64,000 nt of DNA from Snowella sp. (GCA_035285545.1 JAYKGY010000026.1:1-64000); one strand, 5' to 3'. Shown: positions 42,455 to 53,004, counted from the stretch's first letter. Notes: generated from the sequence alone by a model not told the origin. Made by a program: numbers and translations.

Positions 42455-43777
42455 CTACACCACCGCAATATCAGTCAGTAGATTCTCTGAACTATTGGGT
42501 AAGCGCGAAACTTTCGGGTTCCAAGGTTGATCGTGCATAATGGAACGGGCCAAAATGTAACGATATAAATCACTCAGTTGCATAGCCGAATTTTTCCAGC
42601 TAAACCGTTGGCTAATATTACTAGAAGCTTGTTTTTTCAATTTTTTAGCCCAGATTTCATCCCCTAAAACGCGCTCTAAAGCATCGGCGAGGGCAACAGG
42701 ATCTTTCGGATTGACTAATAATCCGGTTTCTTCAGGAATGACGGTAAATTTCAAGCCCCCCACTTTTGACGCAATAACGGGGGTTCCACAGGCGATCGCT
42801 TCAATGGCAACCAGTCCAAAGGGTTCATAATAACTCGGAATGACACAGACATCCGCCGCGCTGTAGTACCAGGGCAACCAATCGTGGTCAATTCGTCCGG
42901 CAAAGTGGGTTTGTGCCTGAATCCCTAAGCTTTCCACCAACTGTTCAATGCGTTTTCTTTCATCCCCATCTAAGCGATCAAGGGTACTGCCGCCCACGAT
43001 CACTAATTTGACATTTTCCATGCCGCGTTCTTTGAGGTGGGCACAGCTTTCTACCAAGGTTGTAATGCCTTTACGGGGCGCAAATCGACCCACATAGAGC
43101 AAAACTTTATCCTGAGTACTCCAACCTAATTTTTCACGGGCAGCCAACTTCGGTAAACTATGGAAATTGGCGGTAGTTCCCCCTGGAATGATTTCAATTC
43201 TTCCCGTTTCTTTAAACAAGCTGATTAAACTTTCTTTTTCTTGGGGACTCGTCGCAACAATACAATCGGCTTTCGTTAAAATTTCTTCTTCGATCGCTAA
43301 ACGGGTATCGGCGATCGCGGTTTTGGTTTGCATGGTGTCGTACTTCACCACACCGAGAGAATGATAGGTATGAAGGAGTTGCACATTATCCTGCTGTTGC
43401 AGTTGGAGGCCGACCCAGCCCGACAGCCAGTAATTGGTATGAACGAGGGGATAACGAATTGCCTGTTTCGTTTGAAAAGCTTGAAACGATTTGAGAAAAT
43501 CTGGCATATAGTCAAACAGTTCATCACGGGGAATAAATTTTTCAGGGCCAGCTTTCAGGCGAATGGTACGACAAAAGGGTGTATGTTGCACGATGGCGGG
43601 ATCATCAGGACTACTTTTGCGGGTAAAAATATCCACATGCCATCCTAATTCCGCTAAACTTTCGGCGATTTGACGGACATAAACGTTTTGCCCACCCGCT
43701 TCTTCCATATCAATTTCTTCGGCAGGATCGGCGTAATCAGAAATAAGCGCGATCGCTTGTCGGTCGGACTGTACCAT
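42455..43777 (-). CDS. GT4 glycosyltransferase, SPS-like paralog of 34259-35581
   Basis: ISDYADP..EAGGQNVYV, HTNYWLS, HTYHSLG, PSYYEPFGLVAIEA; shares the tail LYRY.LARSIMH...WNPK. Confidence 0.85.
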   Translation of the reverse strand: MVQSDRQAIALISDYADPAEEIDMEEAGGQNVYVRQIAESLAELGWHVDIFTRKSSPDDPAIVQHTPFCRTIRLKAGPEKFIPRDELFDYMPDFLKSFQAFQTKQAIRYPLVHTNYWLSGWVGLQLQQQDNVQLLHTYHSLGVVKYDTMQTKTAIADTRLAIEEEILTKADCIVATSPQEKESLISLFKETGRIEIIPGGTTANFHSLPKLAAREKLGWSTQDKVLLYVGRFAPRKGITTLVESCAHLKERGMENVKLVIVGGSTLDRLDGDERKRIEQLVESLGIQAQTHFAGRIDHDWLPWYYSAADVCVIPSYYEPFGLVAIEAIACGTPVIASKVGGLKFTVIPEETGLLVNPKDPVALADALERVLGDEIWAKKLKKQASSNISQRFSWKNSAMQLSDLYRYILARSIMHDQPWNPKVSRLPNSSENLLTDIAVV

Positions 43778-43940
43778 AAAGTTTACCTCTCAAATTTATT
43801 AGGGAGGAAAACAGAGAAATTTGCTGTTAACCAGAGATTTCCCCGCTTCCGTCTTTTGTTATCGGGATTTATTAAAATTGATAACTAATAATAACAGACC
43901 CCTTTTTGAACTGCCAGTATCCCGACTTGATTTTCAAAAC

Positions 43941-43996
43941 AAAAAAAGGTTAGGTGAAGAGTTGGCAATCGTCAATCCGAAATCTCTTCCTAACCG
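43941..43996 (-). terminator. Putative terminator downstream of psbQ
   Basis: Inverted repeat ggttagg..gaagag / ctcttcctaacc, preceded by an A-run on the + strand. Confidence 0.45.
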
Positions 43997-44018
43997 TTAA
44001 ATGTTTAAATCATCAAAA

Positions 44019-44465
44019 TTAGCTTGCCTGGGGAATTAACTCCAAAAAGGCATCAAAATCTTTGAGAGCTTCACCGTATTGAACCCCCGCAGCCGTTAAA
44101 CTGCGTTCTTGGGCAGCAGCATCTAATCGTTCTAAGTGGCCAAAGACTTCACGGGCTAACAGAGTTGCTTGTTCTTGATCTTTGGGGAGGAGAGAACGGG
44201 ATAGACCGAGCATTTCTTGGCGGAGTTTCCCTAAGGGCCCATGAATCCAAGTACGGGTATCGACCCAATTTTGGTCAGAAATTAATTTTCTTAAGACTTC
44301 CATTTTTTGACGGGCTTCTTCAATCGGTTGAACATAAACTTGGAGTTCAGCGATTTTTTCGGGTGTGTAAGTTGTAGGTACAGAGACTTCGGGGCTACTA
44401 CAGCTCACCAAAAAAGTTGCGACTAAAACTAAGACAAGAGAGAGTAATGAGCGAAGACGTATCAT
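44019..44465 (-). CDS. psbQ: Photosystem II lipoprotein PsbQ (CyanoQ)
   Basis: Lipobox FLVSC; NWVDTRTWIHGPLGKLR; LLPKDQ. Confidence 0.92.
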   Translation of the reverse strand: MIRLRSLLSLVLVLVATFLVSCSSPEVSVPTTYTPEKIAELQVYVQPIEEARQKMEVLRKLISDQNWVDTRTWIHGPLGKLRQEMLGLSRSLLPKDQEQATLLAREVFGHLERLDAAAQERSLTAAGVQYGEALKDFDAFLELIPQAS

Positions 44466-44785
44466 AAATCAATGGTTGTTAGTGAGTTAGAATTATAGTA
44501 GATATTGATTGTCTTAAAAATAAAACAATTTGCAACGGCAGTGTTACAAAATTGGGAACTATCTCTATGTTGTAGATAATCTCCGTCAACTTTTCAGCGA
44601 TCGCATCGGAAGTGCAGCCAGAGATATCCCCATAGGCTATAATAATGGGACGTTAGGCGTAATGAAACCCTATCTTTTTAAATTCTGTCTTCCCGTCGGC
44701 AGAGTCTTTTCTAAAAAAAGCAGGATTTATCCTAATATTGATATTTGGCTTAATTTTTATTACTGTTTAAGTAACCTAAAAACGT

Positions 44786-45130
44786 ATGACACAGGGCAAA
44801 GGATTCGGATTTGGTCTCGGTAAAATCAAAGAATTACAGGAGGCTTTCCAAAAAGCGCAACAAGTCCAAGAAGGAGCGAAAGCCCTTCAAGAAGAATTAG
44901 AGCAAATGGTAATCGAAGGCAAAAGCTCCAATGGCCAAATCACCGTCACCATGAGCGGAAACCAGCAACCATTAGGAATTGTCATTGCCCCTGAAGCGTT
45001 AAGTAACGGAGCCGATGCCTTATCTCAGTCCATCACCGAAGCCATGAAAGCGGCTTATGATCAATCCACGGAAACTATGCGTTCCAAAATGGAAGAGTTA
45101 ACCAGTGGTTTAAATTTACCTGGTTTGTAA
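44786..45130 (+). CDS. ybaB: YbaB/EbfC nucleoid-associated protein
   Basis: [36 protein letters not shown]. Confidence 0.9.
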   Translation: MTQGKGFGFGLGKIKELQEAFQKAQQVQEGAKALQEELEQMVIEGKSSNGQITVTMSGNQQPLGIVIAPEALSNGADALSQSITEAMKAAYDQSTETMRSKMEELTSGLNLPGL

Positions 45131-45150
45131 GTCTTAGTTCAGTCGGTAAC

Positions 45151-45193
45151 GGGGAAGGATCTTTTGAAAGGAGAGGTTTTCCCCTCTTTTTTT
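45151..45193 (+). terminator. Hairpin plus T-run between ybaB and hisD
   Basis: ggggaaggatct / aggttttcccc followed by T-run. Confidence 0.45.
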
Positions 45194-45211
45194 GTTCATA
45201 GGAAGGTTAAC

Positions 45212-46525
45212 GTGACTCGAATTTTAAAACTTTCTCAGCTAAGCTCTGCGGAATTAGGAAAATTGCAACGACGCTCTGAATTAGATATTGATCAAGCCTT
45301 GGCGATCGCCCAAGAAGTGATTGATCGGATCAAAGCAACAGGCGATGCAGGGGTTATTGAATATGCCCGTAAGTTTGACTATGCAGGCGCAACGGTTGAG
45401 AATGTGAAGGTCACGGAAGCCGAATTTGCCGAAGCCTGGCAACTCATTGATCCCGACATTAAACAAGCGGTTGAACACGCTTTTAAAAATATTCAGTCCG
45501 TCCATCAAAAGCAAATGCCGCCCCAAATGCACCTGGCCGAAATTGAACCAGGCGTGTTTGCAGGCGAAAAAATTACGCCGATTCCTGCGGTGGGTTTATA
45601 CGTTCCCAGGGGGAAAGGGGCATTTCCCTCCATGATGCTCATGTTAGCCGTTCCCGCCGTCGTCGCCGGAGTAGAGCGAGTTGTAGTGTGTACTCCACCG
45701 GATAAAGCCGGTAAGGTGGAACCCGTTTCCCTCGTAGCAGCCCAAATGGCAGGCGTTACCGAAGTCTATAAATTAGGGGGTGTTCAAGCCTTAGCCGCGA
45801 TCGCGCTCGGAACGGAAACCATTCCCAAAGTGGATAAATTAACGGGGCCTTGCAGCATTTACGGAGCAGCCGCCAAACGCTTACTATCGGGCATTGTGGA
45901 TGTGGGCTTACCCGCCGGGCCCAGTGAGTCCATTGTCTTAGCCGATGAACATACCGATCCCCGATTAGCTGCCCTCGATTTATTGATTGAAGCCGAGCAT
46001 GGGTCAGATTCAGCCGCCTTATTAGTCACCCACAGCGAAAAAGTCGCTCAAGAAGCCCAACAATGGATTGAGCATTATCTCCAGCAGTTACCCCAATGGC
46101 GCAAAGATTTTTGTGAGCAGGGACTAGCGGCCTATGGCGGCATTTTATTGACCGATAGTTTGACCCAATCTATTGAGTTCGTCAACACCTACGGCCCAGA
46201 ACATTTAGAACTCTTAGTGCAAGACCCGATGGGTCTAGTGGGCAAAATCAACAACGCAGGGGAAATTTTACTCGGAGCCTATACCCCATCTTCTGCTGCT
46301 ACTTACGCCATCGGAGTCAATGCGGTATTACCCACAGGGGGGTTTGCCCGTTCCTATTCGGCGGTTTCCGTCTTTGATTTTCTCAAGCGTTCAACCTTGG
46401 CCTATTTAACCAAAGAAGGCTTTGATGGGGTGAAAGAAACGGTTAAAACCCTAGCAGAATATGAAGAATTTCCGGCCCATCGTTTAGCGATCGCTGAACG
46501 AGAAAACCTATTTCATCAAAAGTAA
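45212..46525 (+). CDS. hisD: Histidinol dehydrogenase family protein (atypical active-site motifs)
   Basis: VGLYVPRG, GGVQALAA, PAGPSE, EAEHG, GPEHL, VLPTGG. Several canonical residues are substituted (see findings). Confidence 0.8.
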   Translation: MTRILKLSQLSSAELGKLQRRSELDIDQALAIAQEVIDRIKATGDAGVIEYARKFDYAGATVENVKVTEAEFAEAWQLIDPDIKQAVEHAFKNIQSVHQKQMPPQMHLAEIEPGVFAGEKITPIPAVGLYVPRGKGAFPSMMLMLAVPAVVAGVERVVVCTPPDKAGKVEPVSLVAAQMAGVTEVYKLGGVQALAAIALGTETIPKVDKLTGPCSIYGAAAKRLLSGIVDVGLPAGPSESIVLADEHTDPRLAALDLLIEAEHGSDSAALLVTHSEKVAQEAQQWIEHYLQQLPQWRKDFCEQGLAAYGGILLTDSLTQSIEFVNTYGPEHLELLVQDPMGLVGKINNAGEILLGAYTPSSAATYAIGVNAVLPTGGFARSYSAVSVFDFLKRSTLAYLTKEGFDGVKETVKTLAEYEEFPAHRLAIAERENLFHQK

Positions 46526-46891
46526 AATCAGATCAAGAAAGACGGTTGAGAGAGCAATTAGCAATTATTGGAAATCGCTAATCGTTTTGGCGTTGGGAAA
46601 AATAGTTAAGTTTATTGCTTTTTTAGCATTTAAAATAGAAATGATCTAAAATGATCGGCCGTTGAAGCGATCTCTCAATTGACAATTTTGCTGTAATCGG
46701 ACTAAAATCGCCAAAAAGTTTAAATCAAAAATTGAAAAGCCATTGGTTTCCATTAATTCAATAGCAAACAGTCTCAGTCAACTGTTTTTGTTCGCTAAAT
46801 GGGAAAGCTTTGCCTAATGGAGAGAAGCAAATTTTTGAAGCTGCCTGTTCTGTCAACATCTACGGCATGAATCGTGTTGTTTCACTGCTAT

Positions 46892-49800
46892 ATGAATCTC
46901 AAAGATGAGTATACAATTTTAATCGTAGATGACTCCCTCAGCGATCGCGGAAGGTATGGGCGTTACCTTGAGGAGGACAAAAGTTTTAAGTATCAAATTT
47001 TAGAAGCAGACAGTTTAGAAAATGGGCTGAAATTGTGGAAACAACAGTCTCCTGATGTGATGCTAGTCAATTTGGATATCAATTGGCCTGGTGGTAGTGG
47101 GTTGGAACTGTTGGACGCGATCAAAAAAACGGACTCAAGACAAAAATTACCCATTATTGTGATTTCTGGTCAAGGGAATGAACGAATCGCAGTACAAGCA
47201 ATGCGAAAAGGGGCTAGTGACTATTTAAGTAAAGGAGATATTACCGCGCCCTGCCTGAGTCATTGCATTAAAAATATAATAGAACAACAAGGAGTCTGGG
47301 AAAAATTAGAAGCGAGTGAAAAAAGATTTACCCATTTGGCAGATACGGCTCCTGTTGGAATTTTTCGGACGGATGCAGTGGGTAATTGTCTATATGTCAA
47401 TCAACGTTGGTCACAAATTACGGGATTAAGTTACGAAAAAGCCTTGGGTCAAGGTTGGTCGCAAGCTTTATATATCGAAGACCGTGAGGCCATTGCAGCA
47501 GAATGGTACGCCTCTACCGAAGAATGTCGTCCGTTTAAAATGGAATACCGCTTTCAGCGACCCGATGGTACGATTACTTGGGTTTTTGGGGAATCTTCTG
47601 CCGAACGAGACAATAACGGAGAAATCATTGGTTATCTCGGCACCATTACCGATATTAGCGATCGCAAGTGGGCAGAATTAACCTTACAGAAACTCATCTC
47701 AGGAACGGCTTCGGTCACGGGCGAAAACTTTTTTCCTGCTTTGGTACAAAATCTTGCTGAGGTTTTGAATGTCTCCTATGCTCTGGTGACGGAATTAGTA
47801 GCGGATCAACTCCATACCTTAGAATTTTGGGCGAATGGAGCCTTACAACCGGCAATTTCCTATCATGCCGCCCATACCCCCTGTGGAGTAGCCTTGAGAG
47901 AGGGGGAATTTTATTGTCAAGCCCATATTCAAGAACTTTTTCCCGAAGATTTAGACCTAGTGACAATGCAGGCAGAGAGCTATATAGGAGTCGCTTTGAA
48001 AGATGATCTCGGTAATGCGATTGGCACGCTTTGCATTCTGGATATAAAACCATTAACGAAGAGTCAACGCATCGAGGAGATCGCCATTCTTCAGGTATTT
48101 GCCGCTAGAGCCGCCGCCGAACTCCTGCGTCAACAGGCAGATAAAGCCCTTTATCAACTCAATCAAGAACTAGAAGCCAAAATTGAAGAGCGTACCGCAG
48201 CATTACAAGCGAGTGAATCCTTTAATCGGGGTATTCTAGAGACCATTCCTGATTTATTGCTCCATCTTAAGCGTGATGGAACTTGTTTAAACTATATTGA
48301 GCCAAAGATTAACAAAGAGCGTTTCTTGCCAATTTCAAAGCATATTTCTGAAATTCTTCCCCCTGATGACTTAGAAAATACTTTGCAGAATATCGAACAA
48401 GCAATTGCGACTAAAGAATTGCAAGTCTATGAACATCAACTCCTGAAAAATGGTTGTTTAACTGATGAAGAGATTAGGGTATTAGCCCTTAATGATCAGG
48501 AAGTGTTAGTCATTGTGCGAGACATTAGCGATCGCAAGCGATCTGAAGAAGCACTAAAAATCAGTGAAGAACGTTTCCGCAATGCCTTTGATACCACAGC
48601 CGTGGGAATGAGTTTAGTGTCTACTGAGGGGCGATTTATCAAAGTGAATCCTTCCCTCTGTCTTTTTTGGGGCTACAGCGAAGCCGAATTGCTTGAGCTA
48701 ACCTTTCAAGATATTACCCATCCGGATGATCTGACCATTGATTTGGAATTAGTGAGGCAATTACTAGCGGGGGAAATCGACCACTACAACTTAGAAAAAC
48801 GTTACTTCACAAAAAATCAACAATTAGTTTGGGGTTACCTAAGCGTTTCTCTGGTAAGAGATACCAAAAACCAACCCCTTTATTTTGTTTCTCAAGTTCA
48901 AGATATTACCCAACGCAAGCAAGCCGAAGAATCTTTGCGTAGAAGTGAAAGCCGTTTTCGCTTAATGTTTGACTCTAATGTGGTGGGAATGCTCTTTGCC
49001 GATTTTCAGGGTCATGTGATTGATGCCAATGATTGTTTTTTAAACATAATTGGTTATACCAGGGAAGAATTAGACGCGAATAAAATTGATTGGTTTGCCC
49101 TGACTCCACCAGAGCATTTGGCCCAAGACTTCATGTGCATGGAGCATCTTAAGAAATATGGTGAAATTAGCCCTTGGGAAAAAGAGTACTACCACAAAGA
49201 CGGTCATCGGGTCGCAATTTTAATTGGCGCGGCCTATTTAACCGACAGTCGGGACGAAACCATTTGTGTCGTGATCGATATCAGCGATCGCAAACGAGCT
49301 GAAGAAGAACTCAAAAAAAGTCGCACTCAATTCCAACGTTTAGTCGATGATATGGGGGAGAAATTTGTTGTTTTTAGTTATACAGCAGCTAGCGGCATTC
49401 TTCAGTATGTCAGTGATGGCATAACGTCGGTCTTTGGTATTAAAAAAGAAGATGTTCTCGGAAACGCTTGGACAGATGTGGTCAATTGGGTTCCCGAAGA
49501 TCAACAAAATGCTATTGATAACCTGATCCATACTCTCAATGGTGAAGTTGGTTTCAATCAACAGGAAATGCGTTTTATTCATCCAGATGGGAGCATACGG
49601 ACTATCTCTATTTCTGATCATCCTGTCAAAAATGAAGCAGGGGAAATAGTGGCTATCGAAGGAATTGTGGAAGATATTACCGATCGCAAAAATAACGAAA
49701 TTAAGTTACAAAATGCCAATCTTGAATTAGAACGATTACTGAAATTACGGGAAGAAACCCTAACCTTTCGGGAAGATATGTCGAATATGATTATTCACGA

Positions 49801-50437
49801 TCTGCGTAATCCCCTCACGGCGATGATGTTATCGGCTGAAGTTCTTCTCAAATACAGCGATCGCGCTGATAATCGCAGTGTTGTTACTAAACAAGCCAAG
49901 CGAATGCTCCAGGCGGGAAAACATATTACTGAAATGATCGATAGTTTGCTGTATATGGCCAAACTCGAATCTGGAAAAATTATTTTAAATCCCACCCTAA
50001 CGGATTTACATCAACTCAGCTTGTCTATTCTCTCTGAATTCCAACTGATCAAAAAATCACAAAATATTGAGCTAACCAGTCAACTTCCTGCCCCCGGAAC
50101 TCATATTTTAATTGATTCAATTATTTTGCGACGTGTTATTGAAAATCTACTGTCTAATGCCCTCAAGTTTTCACCGCCCCAAAGTCAGATCCATTTGAAC
50201 ATCGAACACCTACCGGCTGATCATCTTCGGATTCAGGTGGCAGACAATGGGCCAGGGATTGATCCCGATACCTATGACAAAATTTTTGGAAAATTTGAAA
50301 CCGGACAGGTTCAACAAGATGTTTCTCAAATTGGCTTAGGATTAGCCTTTTGTAAAATGGCCGTTGAAGCTCACGGGGGAACCATCGCGATCGCGCCCAA
50401 TCAACCCAAGGGATCTATTTTTACCGTCGAAATTTAA
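46892..50437 (+). CDS. Hybrid sensor histidine kinase (REC-PAS-GAF-PAS x4-HisKA-HATPase)
   Basis: N-terminal ILIVDD receiver, repeated PAS/PAC ends (DISDRK, DITQRK), GAF, HDLRNPL, NLLSNALKF, DNGPGI, GLGLAFC. Confidence 0.92.
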   Translation: MNLKDEYTILIVDDSLSDRGRYGRYLEEDKSFKYQILEADSLENGLKLWKQQSPDVMLVNLDINWPGGSGLELLDAIKKTDSRQKLPIIVISGQGNERIAVQAMRKGASDYLSKGDITAPCLSHCIKNIIEQQGVWEKLEASEKRFTHLADTAPVGIFRTDAVGNCLYVNQRWSQITGLSYEKALGQGWSQALYIEDREAIAAEWYASTEECRPFKMEYRFQRPDGTITWVFGESSAERDNNGEIIGYLGTITDISDRKWAELTLQKLISGTASVTGENFFPALVQNLAEVLNVSYALVTELVADQLHTLEFWANGALQPAISYHAAHTPCGVALREGEFYCQAHIQELFPEDLDLVTMQAESYIGVALKDDLGNAIGTLCILDIKPLTKSQRIEEIAILQVFAARAAAELLRQQADKALYQLNQELEAKIEERTAALQASESFNRGILETIPDLLLHLKRDGTCLNYIEPKINKERFLPISKHISEILPPDDLENTLQNIEQAIATKELQVYEHQLLKNGCLTDEEIRVLALNDQEVLVIVRDISDRKRSEEALKISEERFRNAFDTTAVGMSLVSTEGRFIKVNPSLCLFWGYSEAELLELTFQDITHPDDLTIDLELVRQLLAGEIDHYNLEKRYFTKNQQLVWGYLSVSLVRDTKNQPLYFVSQVQDITQRKQAEESLRRSESRFRLMFDSNVVGMLFADFQGHVIDANDCFLNIIGYTREELDANKIDWFALTPPEHLAQDFMCMEHLKKYGEISPWEKEYYHKDGHRVAILIGAAYLTDSRDETICVVIDISDRKRAEEELKKSRTQFQRLVDDMGEKFVVFSYTAASGILQYVSDGITSVFGIKKEDVLGNAWTDVVNWVPEDQQNAIDNLIHTLNGEVGFNQQEMRFIHPDGSIRTISISDHPVKNEAGEIVAIEGIVEDITDRKNNEIKLQNANLELERLLKLREETLTFREDMSNMIIHDLRNPLTAMMLSAEVLLKYSDRADNRSVVTKQAKRMLQAGKHITEMIDSLLYMAKLESGKIILNPTLTDLHQLSLSILSEFQLIKKSQNIELTSQLPAPGTHILIDSIILRRVIENLLSNALKFSPPQSQIHLNIEHLPADHLRIQVADNGPGIDPDTYDKIFGKFETGQVQQDVSQIGLGLAFCKMAVEAHGGTIAIAPNQPKGSIFTVEI

Positions 50438-50754
50438 CGCTTATCTTGAGTTAATTCGGAAAGCTTGCTACTTTTTTGAAAAGTATAACTAGAGAAGTTG
50501 TGAAAAAAGACAATTTTAGACAAATTATCTAAGGCTGACTGGCGAATGTTTTTTAAGCTTATCTTCGATTAAATTTGAAGCCATTACAATCGAGTTGATT
50601 GGATTAAAGTTGTGATCAAGTGAATTAGCTTCGGGAATAAGATCTCGATGGTGTTGATTCTGTCGAACATCCTCAAAGGCATGAGGAGAGAGTAGTACAA
50701 GTTGTTTTTTTACGGAGGAAAACATCTTTAAATTACCAAGAAATTACTTAACTC

Positions 50755-50784
50755 TCAGTCTAACAATTTTCAGTCTAACAATTT
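50755..50784. repeat. Perfect 15-bp tandem duplication upstream of the radical SAM gene
   Basis: TCAGTCTAACAATTT x2. Confidence 0.7.
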
Positions 50785-50860
50785 GTAGAATAAGCTGTAT
50801 CAAACACCCACAGGACTATACTGCGTAATTAATTTGTGGCAATTGTTATAATGAGACTTG

Positions 50861-52483
50861 ATGAAAGAAGCCAGTAGCGAAACCTTATTATTTACCCCTG
50901 CCACGCCTGAAACTGACGCAATTCCTGTTATTTATGCCTTTCCCAATGAATACAGTGTTGGCATCACCAGTTTAGGTTATCAAATTATCTGGGCAACCCT
51001 AGCGACTCGACCGGATATTGACGTTAGCCGCCTATTTACCGATACCCAGGAATCCCTACCGCGATCGCCGGAATTATTGGGATTTTCTTTATCTTGGGAA
51101 TTGGATTACATTAATATTCTGAATTTATTGGAATCCTTAAACGTTCCCAATCATGCCGATGAGCGAGATAACGACCATCCTTTGGTTTTTGGTGGCGGGC
51201 CCGTATTAACCGCAAATCCTGAACCCTTTGCAGCTTTTTTTGATGTGATCCTACTCGGCGATGGGGAAAATTTATTACCTAATTTTTTAGATGCCTATAA
51301 ATCCGTTAGAAATGCAGATCGAAAAAACAAATTACGCCATTTAGCAACTATCCCAGGGGTTTACATTCCCAGTCTTTATGACGTTAGTTACACCAACCCG
51401 ACAGGCGCGATCGCGAGCATTCAGCCCGTTGATCCCCAAATTCCTGCAACGGTTAAAAAGCAAACCTATCGGGGAAATGTCCTCTCTGCCTCAACGGTGG
51501 TAACAGAAAAAGCGGCTTGGGAAAATATCTACATGGTAGAAGTGGTCAGAAGTTGCCCAGAAATGTGCCGCTTTTGTTTAGCCAGCTATTTAACCCTCCC
51601 GTTTCGCACTGCAAATTTAGAATCCTCTTTAATTCCTGCTATTGAAAAAGGCTTGCAGGTTACAGACCGCTTAGGTTTACTCGGTGCGTCGGTGACTCAG
51701 CATCCCGAATTTGAAACGCTATTAGATTATTTGTCCCAACCTAAATATCAAACGGTGCGTTTAAGTATCGCTTCGGTGCGTACCAACACGGTAACAGAAA
51801 AATTAGCAAAAACCCTCGCCACAAGGGACACCCGTTCCCTGACCATTGCCATTGAAAGCGGTTCGGAAACTGTTCGCAAGATTGTCAATAAAAAACTGAG
51901 TAACGAAGAAATTATTCAAGCAGCCGTTAATGCCAAAGCGGGAGGATTAACTAATCTGAAATTCTATGGTATGGCAGGGGTTCCAGGGGAAACAGAAGAG
52001 GATGTCGCTCAAACCGTTGATTTATTACGGCAAGTCAAAAAAGCTGCCCCTGGCTTGCGTTTAACCCTGGGTTGTAGCACCTTTGTGCCCAAATCCCATA
52101 CGCCGTTTCAATGGTTTGGGGTAAATCGCCAAGCCGAAAAACGCCTACAATTTCTCCAAAAACATCTGCGTTCCCAGGGCATTGATTTTCGTCCTGAAAG
52201 CTATAATTGGTCAGTCATTCAGACCCTCATCTCTCGCGGCGATCGCCGATTAACGCCCTTGTTGGAACTAACCCGTCATTATGGGGATACTTTGGGAAGC
52301 TATAAACGGGCTTTTAAGGAATTGAAAGGAAAATTACCAGATTTAGACTATTACGTTTTCCAAAATTGGTCATTAGATCAAGTCTTACCCTGGCAACATT
52401 TGGAAGGCCCTCTACCCCAAAGCACGTTAATTAAACACTTAGAAGAATCATTAGTACAAAGGAACCTTGACAACCTTAATTGA
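50861..52483 (+). CDS. B12-binding-like radical SAM protein
   Basis: FPNEYSVGITSLG, GGPVLTANPEP, CPEMCRFC (CxxxCxxC), FVPKSHTPFQW. Confidence 0.88.
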   Translation: MKEASSETLLFTPATPETDAIPVIYAFPNEYSVGITSLGYQIIWATLATRPDIDVSRLFTDTQESLPRSPELLGFSLSWELDYINILNLLESLNVPNHADERDNDHPLVFGGGPVLTANPEPFAAFFDVILLGDGENLLPNFLDAYKSVRNADRKNKLRHLATIPGVYIPSLYDVSYTNPTGAIASIQPVDPQIPATVKKQTYRGNVLSASTVVTEKAAWENIYMVEVVRSCPEMCRFCLASYLTLPFRTANLESSLIPAIEKGLQVTDRLGLLGASVTQHPEFETLLDYLSQPKYQTVRLSIASVRTNTVTEKLAKTLATRDTRSLTIAIESGSETVRKIVNKKLSNEEIIQAAVNAKAGGLTNLKFYGMAGVPGETEEDVAQTVDLLRQVKKAAPGLRLTLGCSTFVPKSHTPFQWFGVNRQAEKRLQFLQKHLRSQGIDFRPESYNWSVIQTLISRGDRRLTPLLELTRHYGDTLGSYKRAFKELKGKLPDLDYYVFQNWSLDQVLPWQHLEGPLPQSTLIKHLEESLVQRNLDNLN

Positions 52484-52501
52484 GATGTTAATCTAGAGAC
52501 A

Positions 52502-52529
52502 TCAGTAAAATTTACTGAATAATTCAGTA
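52502..52529. promoter_or_regulatory. Overlapping palindromes, putative operator
   Basis: TCAGTAAA-A-TTTACTGA (52502-52518) overlaps TACTGAAT-A-ATTCAGTA (52513-52529). Confidence 0.5.
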
Positions 52530-52629
52530 TCTCAATCAGGGTAAACTCATACTCTTTCAGAATTCAACGTTCTGGTATGGTTATGCTACTCAAAGCTTTT
52601 TGTCCATCAACCCAAAAGGAGCCAAACTG

Positions 52630-52872
52630 ATGCTCGCTCAAAATCAACATAAATCTAATCGAGGCAATAAAATCCGATTAACGGTTGACGTATCTCCTGA
52701 ACTTAATCAAACGCTTGATCAATTGGCCGATAACGCCCATCTTACTAAAAGTGAAATTCTTCGTCGTGCCATTGCTTTAATGAAAGTGGCAGCCCAAGCC
52801 CACGAAAAAGGCCAAAAATTAGCTCTGATTGATCAAGATCAACCCGCAGCAACCGAAATCGTAGGAATATAA
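52630..52872 (+). CDS. Ribbon-helix-helix (CopG-like) DNA-binding protein
   Basis: IRLTVDVSPELNQTLDQLADNAHLTKSEILRRAIALM. Confidence 0.8.
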   Translation: MLAQNQHKSNRGNKIRLTVDVSPELNQTLDQLADNAHLTKSEILRRAIALMKVAAQAHEKGQKLALIDQDQPAATEIVGI

Positions 52873-53004
52873 AATATCAAGCTTGTAAGCTTCCTGATAA
52901 ATGATTTAGGAGGCTTATATTTTTAAAATCTTAAAAAATAAGAGTTACCCCTATTTTTTATCATTTGAAGATTTTGATTGAGTTATTTAGCGTTAAAAAA
53001 TGAA

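Noticed and set aside
46892..47280. Kinase receiver domain as a pseudo-receiver (VMLVN in place of LLD)
   Set aside because: LDINWP follows two residues later and may supply the phospho-Asp; this cannot be decided without an alignment.
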